Assembly: GCF_902713615.1 (NCBI RefSeq)
Contig: NW_024055760.1
Coordinates: forward strand, 62,001 to 126,000
Source: Scyliorhinus canicula
Taxonomy: Eukaryota
Direction: 5' to 3'
Length of the DNA stretch: 64,000 nt
Part shown: positions 1 to 12,090 of the stretch, in pieces
Layout of the letters: the number at the start of each line of letters is the position of its first letter
How positions within the stretch are numbered: the first letter of the stretch is position 1
Translations under genes and position numbers: made by a program
The notes under the pieces: model-generated
Database searches by the model: none
Told to the model about the DNA's origin: nothing
Seen by the model: the letters and a program-made list of their open reading frames with translations, nothing else

Positions 1-709
<709 letters not shown>

Positions 710-1107
710 GTTCAAAATCCGATGATATTCAAGATACGATAAATTGAGGACTCGGTCAGATCCTGATGTGATGCTTGGTTCGAGTTTCCAGACTTTGAAG
801 CCTCCCCTTCGAACGCCCTGTGAAACTGATTTAAAACAGAAAATAGGGAGTGAGAGAGAACCCACAAAAACTCAAAAGGCAGGTTGTGAAATTGAGCTGA
901 ATGAATCTCGTCATTTGTGGGGCCAGCTCTGGGAAAAAGTGACCATGAAAACTGCTGGATTGTCAGAAAAACCCAACTGGCCTCTTTGGGAGGAGAGAGA
1001 AAGAGGCGAAGAGGGATTTTGTATATCTACAAGATATATTAAGAGAGTAGTTGGCAAAGCAAATTCGATTTTGAGCTTCATAAACAGTAATATTGAAACC
1101 AAAACTA

Positions 1108-1415
1108 TGCTTCTGGTGGCACAGTGATTAGCACTGCTGCCTCACAGCGCAAGGTACCCGGGTTCAATTCTGGCCTTGGTGACTGTGTGGAGTTTGCACT
1201 TTCTCAACATGTCTGCGTCCAAAGAAGGGCAAGTTCAGTGGATTGGCCTTGATAAATTGCCCCTTCATGTCCAGGGATGTGCAGGTTAGGAGGGGCTATG
1301 GGGTTACAAGGAAAAGGTAGAGTGTGGGCCTAGGCAGGATACCCTTTCAGAGAATCAGTGCAGACTCGATGGGCCGAATGGGCTCCTTCTGCATTGTAGG
1401 AATTCTATGGTTCTA
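1108..1415 (+). mobile_element. diverged tRNA-derived V-domain-type SINE with CR1-type tail
   Basis: A-box tggcacagtgattagc, B-box gggttcaattc, tail gactcgatgggccgaatgg...ttctatggttcta. Confidence 0.75.
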
Positions 1416-1429
1416 ATTCTACTCTACGA

Positions 1430-2700
1430 ATCTTTATGAAGCTCTGGCCACCACTCTTCAGGAAGAATGTGAAGGTTCTTGGAGACGGTGCAGAGGAGAT
1501 TTACCAGAATGGTTCCAGCAAAGAAGGTTGAGGGGAGATTTGGTCTAATGCAAGTAGGGAATATACAGTGAATAGAAGAACCCTGAAGAGTATTGAAAGT
1601 CAGAGGGATCTAGGTGTACAGGTCCATAGGTCACTGAAAGGGGCAACCCTGGTGGAGAAGGTAGTCAAGGAGGCATACGGCATGGTTGACTTCATTGGCC
1701 GAGGTATTGAGTATAAGAAACAAAAGGGAAAATGCTGGAAAATCTCAGCAAGTCTGGCAGCATCCGTAGGGAGAGAAAAGAGCCAATGTTTCGAGTCCGA
1801 TGACTCTTTGTCAAAGTTAAGTATTGGCAAGTCATGTTGCAGCTCTATAGAATCTTAGTTAGGCCACACTTGGAGTATAGTGTTCAATTCTGGTCGCCAC
1901 ACTACCAGAAGGATGTGGAGGCTTTAGAGAGGGTGCAGAAGAGATTTACCAGGATGTTGCCTGGTATGGAAGGCATTAGCTATGAGGAGAGGTTGAATAA
2001 ACTTGGTTTGTTCCCACTGGAACTAAGGAGGTTGAGGGGTGACTTGATAAGGGGCTGGTTTAGCTCACAAGGCTAAACCGCTGGCTTTTAAAGCAGACCA
2101 AGCAGGCCAGTAGCGCGGTTCGATTCCCGTACCAGCCTCTCCGGACAGGTGCCGGAATGTGGCGACTCGGGGCTTTTCACAGTAACTTCATTGAAGTCTA
2201 CTCGTGACAATAAGCGATTTTCATTTTCATTTTTCATAAGAGGTCTGCAAAATTATGAGGGGCATAGACAGAGTAGATAGTCAGAGACATTTTTCCCAGG
2301 GTAGAGGGGTCAATTACTAGGGGGCATAGGTTTAAGGTGCAAGGGGCAAGGTATGCCTCTTCATTCACCTGAGGAAGGAGTAGTGCTCCGAAAGCTAGTG
2401 TTTGAAAGAAACATGTTGGACTTTAACCTGGCGTTGTAAGACTTGTTACTAAGGGGCAAGGTTTACAGATGTACGAGGCAAATTTTTTTATACAGAGAGT
2501 AGTGGGTGCCTGGAACTCGCTACCAGAAGAGGTGGTGGAAGCAGGGACGATAGTGACGTTTAAGGGGCATTTTGACAAATACATGAATAGGATGGGAATA
2601 GAGGGATACAGATCCAGGAAGTGTAGAAGATTTTAGTTTAGTCGGGCAGCATGATGGGCACGGGCTTGGAGGGCCGAAGGGCCTTTTCCTGTGCTGTACT
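1430..2700 (+). mobile_element. degenerate CR1 LINE 3' fragment interrupted by a SINE and Penelope-like ends
   Basis: ORFs 1568..1858 and 1834..2076 carry CR1 ORF2 C-terminal motifs (QRDLGV, LVRPHLEYSVQFWSPH); 3' UTR with ggccgaagggcc hairpin. Confidence 0.85.
2052..2235 (+). mobile_element. short tRNA-derived SINE with (ttcat)n tail (family D here)
   Basis: ggggctggtttagctcac...ggttcgattccc...gtgacaataagcgattttcattttcat; related copies at 17568, 27350, 50520, 61350, 62559-63015. Confidence 0.75.
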
Positions 2701-2825
2701 TTTCTTCACCTGAGGAAGGAGCAGAGCTCCGAAAGCTCGTGTTTGAAACAAACCTGTTGGACTTTAACCTGGTGTCAGACTTCTTACTGTGCTCACCCCA
2801 GTCCAACGCCGGCATCTCCACATCA
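2363..2825 (+). repeat. two copies of a repeat end (ttcacctgaggaaggag...aaacctgttggactttaacctgg), putative Penelope-like element terminus
   Basis: near-identical segments at about 2363-2450 and 2705-2825; family assignment from recollection only. Confidence 0.45.
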
Positions 2826-3029
2826 CGTACTTTTCTATGTTCTTTTAGTTTTATATAGACAGATTTATTCTGTTAAAGACACAATATAAACACAAATGAT
2901 CGTCATTGACCTGATATCATTGTTCGGCGCCATCGATAATAAATTGGAGGTGAAATAGTGAAGATGTTTAATGAACAATTTATTCGCCATCACTGGGTAA
3001 TTTCAAAAATATTGCCCCTAACAAAGATG

Positions 3030-3600
3030 GAGGGTGCGCATGCGCTGTCGCCGCCATTACCTTCAATAAAGATATCGATTGCGCATGCGTCCTGCCCCCC
3101 AGTGCCCCCGACAAAGATGGCGGACATTAACCCGGGTTTGGAACTGTGGAAAGCTGCGGCCCTGCTCTGTGCAAAGGGCGGGAACCCATCCCGGATATCG
3201 GTAGGTTATTTTTCATGGGTTTGCGTTTCATAGAACATGTTTACAAAGCTTCTCCAAATCCCCGCCTGATCCATAGCTTCCCCCGGTTCCGCCATACCCA
3301 CCTCTGCGGATTATCGAACTGAGAAAGAAACGTCTCTGTGCCGCCATTAATCACACTGCGCATGCCTCTAACCACTGCGCATGCCTCACACGACCGAGCC
3401 CAGCCCGGCCCTCGCTCACTGGGATTCGTTGGAGGACCAGTCACTCTCGCTCGGTCCTCCAGTCCCGACTCCTCTTTCCCTATTGGCCGGAGATGCCGTC
3501 AATCATTCCCCGGACATTGTGAGGTACCAGGTGAGAGGTCAGTGATTATCCGCCGCTTCCGGTTTCGCTCCACAAACAACCTCATAGAGACCAGGGGGGA
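3030..3600. promoter_or_regulatory. bidirectional CpG-rich promoter between ZNF1 (-) and ZNF2 (+)
   Basis: four NRF1-type TGCGCATGC sites (3035, 3080, about 3357, about 3376), YY1-type AAGATGGCGG (about 3114), CCAAT box ATTGG (3482), ETS-type CTTCCGG (3556); paralogous to 47680-48060. Confidence 0.7.
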
Positions 3601-3670
3601 GACACTGACCCAGTGACAATGTCACTGCATTAGTCACCCAGAGAGACAGGAAAATGTTCTGGGGACATGA

Positions 3671-6600
3671 TATTCTGGGGGGGAGATTTGTTAGTGCTCT
3701 TTGGGGGGGTTTAAACTAATTCAGCAGGGGCATGGGAACCTGGATTGTAGTTTTAGGGTACGGGAGATTGAGAGTATAGAGGTCAGGAGCACAGATTTGA
3801 CTTCGCAGGAGGGTGCCAGTGTTCAGGTAGGTGGTTTGAAGTGTGTCTACTTCAATGCCAGGAGTATACGAAATAAGGTAGGGGAACTGGCAGCATGGGT
3901 TGGTACCTGGGATTTCGATGTTGTGGCCATTTCAGAGACATGGATAGAGCAGGGACAGGAATGGTTGTTGCAGGTTCCGGGGTTTAGGTGTTTTAGTAAG
4001 TTCAGAGAAGGGGGCAAAAGAGGGGGAGGTGTGGCGCTGCTAGTCAAGGACAGTATTACGGTGGCGGAAAGGATGCTAGATGGGGACTCTTCTTCTGAGG
4101 TAGTATGGGCTGAGGTTAGAAACAGGAAAGGAGAGGTCACCCTGTTGGGAGTTTTCTATAGGCCACCTAATAGTTCTAGGGATGTAGAGGAAAGGATGGC
4201 GAAGATGATTCTGGAAAAGAGCGAAAGTAACAGGGTAGTTGTTATGGGAGACTTTAACTTTCCAAATATTGACTGGAAAAGATATAGTTCGAGTACATTA
4301 GATGGGTCATTCTTTGTACAATGTGTGCAAGAGGGTTTCCTGACACAATATGTTGACAGGCCAACAAGAGGCGAGGCCACATTGGATTTGGTTTTGGGTA
4401 ATGAACCAGGCCAGGTGTTAGATCTGGAGGTAGGTGAGCACTTTGGAAACAGTGACCACAATTCGGTGACCTTTACGTTAGTGATGGAAAGGGATAAGTA
4501 TACCCCGCAGGGCAAGAGTTATAGCTGGGGGAAGGGCAATTATGATGCCATTAGACATGACTTAGGATGTGTTGGTTGGAGAAGTAGGCTGCAAGGGTTG
4601 GGCACACTGGATATGTGGAGCTTGTTCAAGGAACAGCTATTGCATGTTCTTGATAAGTACGTACCAGTCAGGCAGGGAGGAAGGGGTCGAGCGAGGGAAC
4701 CGTGGTTTACCAAAGAAGTGGAATCTCTTGTTAAGAGGAAGAAGGAGGCCTATGTGAAGATGAGGCGTGAAGTTTCAGTTGGGGCGCTTGATATTTACAA
4801 GGAAGCGAGGAAGGATCTAAAGAGAGAGCTGAGACGAGCAAGGAGGGGACATGAGAAGTCTTTGGCAGGTAGGATCAAGGAAAACCCAAAAGCTTTCTAT
4901 AGGTATGTCAGGAATAAAAGAATGACTAGGGTAAGAGTAGGGCCAGTCAAGGACAGTGGTGGGAAGTTGTGTTTGGAGGCTGAGGAGATAAGCGAGATAC
5001 TAAATGAATACTTTTCGTCAGTATTCACTCAAGAAAAAGATAATATTGTGGAGGAGAATGCTGAGACCCAGGCTATTAGAATAGATGGCATTGAGGTGCG
5101 TAGGGAAGAAGTGTTGGCAATTCTGGACAAGGTGAAAATAGATAAGTCCCCGGGGCCGGATGGGATTTATCCTAGGATTCTCTGGGAAGCCAGGGAAGAG
5201 ATTGCTGAGCCTTTGGCTTTGATTTTTAGGTCATCATTGGCTACAGGAATAGTGCCAGAGGACTGGAGGATAGCAAATGTGGTCCCTTTGTTCAAGAAGG
5301 GGAGTAGAGATAACCCCGGTAACTATAGGCCGGTGAGCCTAACGTCTGTGGTGGGTAAAGTCTTGGAGAGGATTATAAAAGACACGATTTATAATCATCT
5401 AGATAGGAATAATATGATTAGGGACAGTCAGCATGGTTTTGTGAAGGGTAGGTCATGCCTCACAAACCTTATCGAGTTCTTTGAGAAGGTGACTGAACAG
5501 GTAGACGAGGGTAGAGCAGTTGATGTGGTGTATATGGATTTCAGTAAAGCGTTTGATAAGGTTCCCCACGGTCGTCTATTGCAGAAAATACGGAGGCTGG
5601 GGATTGAGGGTGATTTAGAGATGTGGATCAGAAATTGGCTAGTTGAAAGAAGACAGAGAGTGGTAGTTGATGGGAAATGTTCAGAATGGAGTTCAGTTAC
5701 GAGTGGCATACCACAAGGATCTGTTCTGGGGCCGTTGCTGTTTGTCATTTTTATAAATGACCTAGAGGAGGGCGCAGAAGGATGGGTGAGTAAATTTGCA
5801 GACGACACTAAAGTCGGTGGAGTTGTAGACAGTGCGGAAGGATGTTGCAGGTTACAGAGGGACATAGATAAGCTGCAGAGCTGGGCTGAGAGGTGGCAAA
5901 TGGAGTTTAATGTGGAGAAGTGTGAGGTGATTCACTTTGGAAAGAATAACAGAAATGCGGAATATTTGGCTAATGGTAAAATTCTTGGTAGTGTGGATGA
6001 GCAGAGGGATCTCGGTGTCCATGTACATAGATCCCTGAAAGTTGCCACCCAGGTTGATAGGGTTGTGAAGAAGGCCTATGGTGTGTTGGCCTTTATTGGT
6101 AGAGGGATTGAGTTCCGGAGCCATGAGGTCATGTTGCAGTTGTACAAAACTCTAGTACGGCCGCATTTGGAGTATTGCGTACAGTTCTGGTCGCCTCATT
6201 ATAGGAAGGACGTGGAAGCTTTGGAACGGGTGCAGAGGAGATTTACCAGGATGTTGCCTGGTATGGAGGGAAAATCTTATGAGGAAAGGCTGATGGACTT
6301 GAGGTTGTTTTCGTTAGAGAGAAGAAGGTTAAGAGGTGACTTAATAGAGGCATACAAAATGATCAGAGGGTTAGATAGGGTGGACAGCGAGAGCCTTCTC
6401 CCGCGGATGGAGGTGGCTAGCACGAGGGGACATAGCCTTAAATTGAGGGGTAATAGATATAGGACAGAGGTCAGAGGTGGGTTTTTTACGCAAAGAGTGG
6501 TGAGGCCGTGGAATGCCCTACCTGCAACAGTAGTGAACTCGCCAACATTGAGGGCATTTAAAAATTTATTGGATAAGCATATGGATGATAAGGGCATAGT

Positions 6601-6701
6601 GTAGGTTAAATGGCCTTTAGATTTTTTCCATGTCGGTGCAACATCGAGGGCCGAAGGGCCTGTACTGCGCTGTATCGTTCTATGTTCTATGTTCTATGTT
6701 C
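3671..6701 (+). mobile_element. CR1 LINE (HER1-like), 5'-truncated in the last codons of ORF1, intact ORF2
   Basis: ORF1 end LGGRFVSALWGGLN* (TAA 3717-3719), ORF2, 3' hairpin and (gttctat)n tail to 6701. Confidence 0.95.
3701..6604 (+). CDS. CR1 ORF2: APE endonuclease plus reverse transcriptase, 967 aa uninterrupted
   Basis: YFNARS, SETW, GDFN, SDH endonuclease motifs; QHGF, GIPQGS, FADD RT motifs. Confidence 0.95.
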   Translation: MGGFKLIQQGHGNLDCSFRVREIESIEVRSTDLTSQEGASVQVGGLKCVYFNARSIRNKVGELAAWVGTWDFDVVAISETWIEQGQEWLLQVPGFRCFSKFREGGKRGGGVALLVKDSITVAERMLDGDSSSEVVWAEVRNRKGEVTLLGVFYRPPNSSRDVEERMAKMILEKSESNRVVVMGDFNFPNIDWKRYSSSTLDGSFFVQCVQEGFLTQYVDRPTRGEATLDLVLGNEPGQVLDLEVGEHFGNSDHNSVTFTLVMERDKYTPQGKSYSWGKGNYDAIRHDLGCVGWRSRLQGLGTLDMWSLFKEQLLHVLDKYVPVRQGGRGRAREPWFTKEVESLVKRKKEAYVKMRREVSVGALDIYKEARKDLKRELRRARRGHEKSLAGRIKENPKAFYRYVRNKRMTRVRVGPVKDSGGKLCLEAEEISEILNEYFSSVFTQEKDNIVEENAETQAIRIDGIEVRREEVLAILDKVKIDKSPGPDGIYPRILWEAREEIAEPLALIFRSSLATGIVPEDWRIANVVPLFKKGSRDNPGNYRPVSLTSVVGKVLERIIKDTIYNHLDRNNMIRDSQHGFVKGRSCLTNLIEFFEKVTEQVDEGRAVDVVYMDFSKAFDKVPHGRLLQKIRRLGIEGDLEMWIRNWLVERRQRVVVDGKCSEWSSVTSGIPQGSVLGPLLFVIFINDLEEGAEGWVSKFADDTKVGGVVDSAEGCCRLQRDIDKLQSWAERWQMEFNVEKCEVIHFGKNNRNAEYLANGKILGSVDEQRDLGVHVHRSLKVATQVDRVVKKAYGVLAFIGRGIEFRSHEVMLQLYKTLVRPHLEYCVQFWSPHYRKDVEALERVQRRFTRMLPGMEGKSYEERLMDLRLFSLERRRLRGDLIEAYKMIRGLDRVDSESLLPRMEVASTRGHSLKLRGNRYRTEVRGGFFTQRVVRPWNALPATVVNSPTLRAFKNLLDKHMDDKGIV

Positions 6702-7460
6702 CAATCCATTAAACTATTAAAATCTGGAATCTAAAGTTAGTCTCAATGATGGTGACTGAAGGTCACTGAGAAAATCTCCAGAGTCAGTTCTGGACACAAG
6801 GTTAACGTCTGTAACTGTGTCTGCTCAGTCAGGGTGATTCAGATTCATGTCTGTGACAAATCATGAGTGAATTTATCTCCAGATGGTTAAAAGGATCCGG
6901 AAACAATTCGCCAAAACATTTTTGGATTTCAGCCCAATGAAGAGGGAGAGTGTGTGGGACGGGGATTCACAGTTCTGGGGGAACAAGAGGGAAAAAATGT
7001 TCCACAGAACATGGAATTGTCTTCAAAATTTCTATCCTGGACTGACACTGGGTACTCTTGTAAACTCCTTTTACAGGATAGTTATTGGGAAGGATTTGCA
7101 GATGGGAAACTCAAACTAATACATTACAGCAAGACCTGACACAGGCACTCAATTAATGAGGATCTGAATATCATGGACCTCGGAATCTAGAAAAATACAT
7201 TTATTGCCTTGCTGTCCGTGGGAAAAGCTTTCAAACTCGTGTGACAGGAAAAACACAGAGGCACACACACACATCAGAGTGAGAATGTTTCAGTAAACTG
7301 TTGAAAGAGTTTTTACCACTTCCACCTGAAAATAACATTGCACCAGTGACAGTGTGGCGAAATAGTAAATATGTTCTGTGTATGGACATTGCGTTAACTA
7401 GCCTCCGGCTGTATGGAGAAACCGTGGAAATGTGAGGATTGTGTGAAAGGATTCAATTAG

Positions 7461-7577
<117 letters not shown>

Positions 7578-7611
7578 TGACGCATTCACACTGGGAAGAT
7601 GCATTCACACT

Positions 7612-7946
7612 GGGGCCTCACGGTAGCATGGTGGTTAGCATCAATGCTTCACAGCTCCAGGGTCCCAGGTTCGATTCCCGGCTGGGTCACTGTCTGTGTG
7701 GAGTCTGCACGTCCTCCCCGTGTGTGCGTGGGTTTCCTCTGGGTGCTCCGGTTTCCTCCCACAGTCCAAAGATGTGCGGGTTAGGTGGATTGGCCATGCT
7801 AAATTGCCCGTAGTGTAAGGTTAATGGGGGGATTGTTGGGTATACGGGTTACGTGGGTTTAAGTGGGGTGATCATTGCTCGGCACAACATCGAGGGCCGA
7901 AGGGCCTGTTCTGTGCTGTACTGTTCTATGTTCTATATGTTCTATG
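7612..7946 (+). mobile_element. HE1-like V-SINE with CR1-type tail (family A)
   Basis: B-box ggttcgattcc, V-type core, tail ggccgaagggcctgttctgtgctgtactgttctatgttcta shared with the CR1 3' end. Confidence 0.85.
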
Positions 7947-8022
7947 TCATTCACCTCCTCAGCGTGTGGGAAGGGGTGTACTCAATTAGCAGGCCTTGCA
8001 ATACACCAGCGATTTCACACCA

Positions 8023-8400
8023 GGCAGCACAGTAGCATTATGGATAGCACAATTGCTTCACAGCTCCAGGGTCCCAGGTTCCATTCCGGCTTGGGTCACT
8101 GTCTGTGTGGAGTCTGTACATCCTCCCTTGTGTGCGTAGGTTTTCTCCGGGTGCTCCGGTTTCCTCCCACATTCCAAAGATGTGTAGGTTAGGTGGATTG
8201 GCCATGATAAATTGCCCTTAGTGTTGGGTGGGGTTACTGGGTTATGGGGATGGGGTTACTGGGTTATGGGGATAGGGTGGTGGGGTTACTGGGTTATGGG
8301 GATAGGGTGGCGGTGTTGACCTTGGGTAGGGTGCTCTTTCCAAGAGCCGGTGCAGACTCGATGGGCCGAATGGCCTCCTTGTGCACTGTAAATTCTATGA
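8023..8400 (+). mobile_element. V-SINE, CR1-tail variant
   Basis: same head and core; tail gactcgatgggccgaatggcctcc...aattctatg. Confidence 0.85.
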
Positions 8401-9324
8401 AATTCATCTGCTTGGAGTGTGGGAAGAGATTCACAAATTCATTCCACTTGCTAAAACACCAGCTTACTCACACTGAGGAGAAGCCATTCAACTGTACTCA
8501 CTGTGGAAAGAAGTTCAGGTCTTTAGCCGACCTCACCGCACACCAGCGTGTTCACACTGGGGAGAAGCCGTACACCTGCTCAGTGTGCGGGGAGGAATTT
8601 GCTCAGTTATCCAGCCTCCAGTAGCACCAGCGAGTTCACACTGGGGAGAAGCCGTACACCTGCTCCGTGTGTGGGGAGGAATTTGCTCAGTTATCCAGCC
8701 TCCAGGGATTTCATAATCAGGAGAGGCAATTCAGCTGCACTTTGTGTGGAAAGAATTTCACGTCTTCATCCAATCTCATTGAACACCAGCGAGGTCACAC
8801 CGGGGAGAGGCCTTTATCTGCTCTGTTGAGTGGGAAGGGATTCACAAAGTCTTCCAACTTGGTGATGCACCAGCGAGGTCACACCGGGAGAGGCCTTTAT
8901 CTGCTCTGTGTGTGGGAAGGGATTCACAAAGTCCACCAACTTGGTGATACACCAGCGAATTCACACCGGGGAGAGGCCGTTCACCTGCTCTGTGTGGGGG
9001 AAGGGATTCACTGAGGCAGCTAAAGAGCGGCGACATCAGCAAGTTCACAAGTGACTTCAGGGATTGGATTCTGTTCCTTTTGCTGCTGCTAATCACATCC
9101 AGGATTGATCGTCTGACAATATCTGGTTTGATTCTGCTGATATTAACAATCCCTGGAGTTTAATATTCTGGAGATGTCACTGATTTTCGGAGCTGCTGTG
9201 TCCCTTTTTAAAAGCACCACCTGTGATTTCTCTTCCTAATTCAAGAACTGACAACAGGAATTTGTTTACTATAAAATTATTAACTTTGACTTCAATCCTA
9301 AACTGAATTTAAGTGCAAAATCTC

Positions 9325-9671
9325 CAGCAGGGTAGCATGGTGGTTAGCATAAATGCTTCACAGCTCCAGGGTCCCAGGTTCGATTCCCGGCTGGGTCACT
9401 GTCTGTGCGGAGTCTGCACGTCCTCCCCCTGTGTGCGTGGGTTTCCTCCGGGTGCTCCGGTTTCCTCCCACAGTCCAAAGATGTGCAGGTTAGGTGGATT
9501 GGCCATGCTAAATTGCCCGTAGTGTCCTAGAAAAAGTAAGGTTAAGGTTAAGGGGGGGGTTGTTGGGTTACGGGTATAGGGTGGATACGTGGGTTTGAGT
9601 AGGGTGATCATTGCTCGGCACAACATTGAGGGCCGAAGGGCCTGTTCTGTGCTGTACTGTTCTATGTTCTA
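9325..9671 (+). mobile_element. V-SINE family A
   Basis: near-identical to 7612-7946 and 13617-13966. Confidence 0.9.
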
Positions 9672-11082
9672 ATTGAGTGTGTGAAAGGTTCCACTGATTA
9701 ACATCTCCAATGAGAAAGTGTTGGTTGATCCTGCTGACTATTCTCACTGATTTGTGCATTCTTCAGTGACGCCTCCATGATGAAATTAAACGGTAACTAT
9801 TTTGCAGAAACATCAGTAAAAGCTGAAGCCAAAGTCTACCTCATGCACAAGATAAACCCAACAGCTGGAACACTGCATTACTCGAAAGTCACCAAGAGAG
9901 TTGTGTAAAATACAGGGAGATGGTGTATAAATAAACACTGGGTCAGCCGACATCAGGAAATCCAAACTGCCTGTGACAGTGAATATGTGCCTGCTGTGCA
10001 TAATGGGATCAAGAGGCTGCTTGGTCTGACCATCAACAAAGATATTGACAAATGGTGAGCTTCTCACCAACAGAAGTAACCAGATGTCCCGCTGGGTTGA
10101 CCACGTCTGTAAGCTGTATCCCTGTGAGACGGACATCTCCCAGTCTCTGTTTGAGTCTCCTGCAGCTTCCTGTCATGTTTCAGTTAGACAAGGAATCCTC
10201 GCCATGAGTTTGAAAAAACCATTGATCGCTGAACAAGCAGAGACACCCGGCAAGGATGGAATTCCAGCTTAACTGTGCAAACACGGAAAGTCCCATCTAC
10301 TGTCACACCTTCATGATGTCTTTCTGTTTAGGGATGCAAGACTGGTTCACAGAACATGTGTTGTGCAATAACCATAGCAATCTGCAAAAGGAAACGTGAC
10401 AGAGAAGACCACAACAACTCCAGGAACATCTCACTCCTTAAAGTCACTGTGAAGGCCTTCACTCGGGTCATGGTTACAAAATCTTCACCGTCCTGCAGAC
10501 TGAGTTTATCCAGAAGCACAGTGCGGTTTCTGCACTGACAGATCTACAGTGAACATGATCTTCTCCACACACCAGCTACAAGACAAGTGAACAATTGGAA
10601 TTTAATCTAAAATGCTGCCCGTTCCTGTGCTGGGAAAAGTGAAATGTTTTAATTACAGAGTGAAAGTAAACCTTTCAGTGTGAATCACAATTTACTGGTA
10701 CAATTGGAAAAGGCACCAAAATGTTTGATTCCCTGAAGATAAACTTCAGCCTTGAAGTTATATTTCGGAACTCACAAGCTGTGGGAAGCTTCACTCTCTT
10801 TTCCACTTGTTGGGCTAAGAAGGTTGAAGTTTACCTCAAAGGCTAATTTTTATTTTCCTTCAGTTAATTCCAGTCATTTGGAAAGGTGCCTGAAGCAGAA
10901 TGAAAAGAAAAACAATTGGGCAAAACTAAAAAAACTAAAACCTAAAAGAACTGGCGCTAAAAGTTGAAAATGGTTCACCTTTGATCTGAAAAGTCATTTA
11001 AAGTTGACACAGTTGACAATGTTTGCTTATCCCGTTTGGAAACAGAAGTTAACCCTTTCCACTGACGGCATGGGGATAACTC

Positions 11083-11423
11083 AGAACATAGAACAGTACA
11101 GCACAGAACAGGCCCTTCGGCCCTCGATGTTGTGCCGAGCAATGATCACCCTACTCAAACCCACATAGCCACCCTATACCCGTAACCCAACAACTCACCC
11201 CCTTAACCTTACTATTAGGACACTACGGGCAATTTAGCATGGCCAATCCACCTAACCCGCACATCTTTGGACTGTGGGAGGAAACCGGAGCACCCGGAGG
11301 AAACCCACGCACACACGGGGAGGACGTGCAGACTCCACACAGACAGTGACCCAGCCAGGAATCGAACCTGGGACCCTGGAGCTGTGAAGCATTTATGCTA
11401 ACCACCATGCTACCGTGCTGCCC
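11083..11423 (-). mobile_element. V-SINE family A
   Basis: reverse complement of family A. Confidence 0.9.
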
Positions 11424-11854
11424 CTAACTTGAACTAAGACTTTTGTCTTCTAAAGATTTGACTTCATCCCATTTGTTACCTTTCAAGACAAAGTGTTTGA
11501 GAACAGGAGATATGGGGGTTATCTCCAAACTGATCGCAAATACTTCTGTTTCTGATGAAAAAACACCAGATTATGTGAATATTGAATTGGAAAGGAAAGT
11601 TTCTCCGGGGCTCAGAATGGTAATTAATGTAATGTTTCACTGAGAATAAAGGAGAAAAATCACAGCAGCAAATGGGAATGACTCAGCCTGAGTATAGGTG
11701 CTGGAATCTGTCAATCTCTGAGGGGAGATAGTGGTGTTGTGGTAATGTCACTGGGTCAGTAATCCACAGTAATGAGGCTGACTCCTAACTGCCTCTGAAA
11801 TGGGCCGAGCGATGGTCACGTTCCCTGAAAGAATGAATTTAAAAACATAATAAT

Positions 11855-12090
11855 CTTTATTTTCACAAGTAGGCTTACATTAACATTGCAATGAAGTTAC
11901 CGTGAAAAGCCCCTAGTCACCGCATTCTGGCGCCTGTTCGGGTACACAGAGGGAGAATTCAGAATGTCGAAATAACCTACCAGCACGTCTTTTGGGACAA
12001 AGTGCAAACGTCACAGACAACCACCCAAAACTGGAATTGAACCTGTGGCGCTTTGAGGCAGCAGTGCTAACCCCTCTGCCACCATGCCAT
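11855..12090 (-). mobile_element. V-SINE with third tail type (gtgacactaataaagattatta; family E)
   Basis: related to 17805-18060, 25250-25452 and 46208-46470. Confidence 0.7.

Noticed and set aside
3847-6597. Antisense ORFs over CR1 (also 35188-36793 and 52414-53583)
   Set aside because: Shadow frames of ORF2, repeated only because the elements are copies.
9680-11080. Unique, moderately GC-balanced segment with short ORFs
   Set aside because: No recognisable protein motif or convincing exon in any frame; it needs a translated search.
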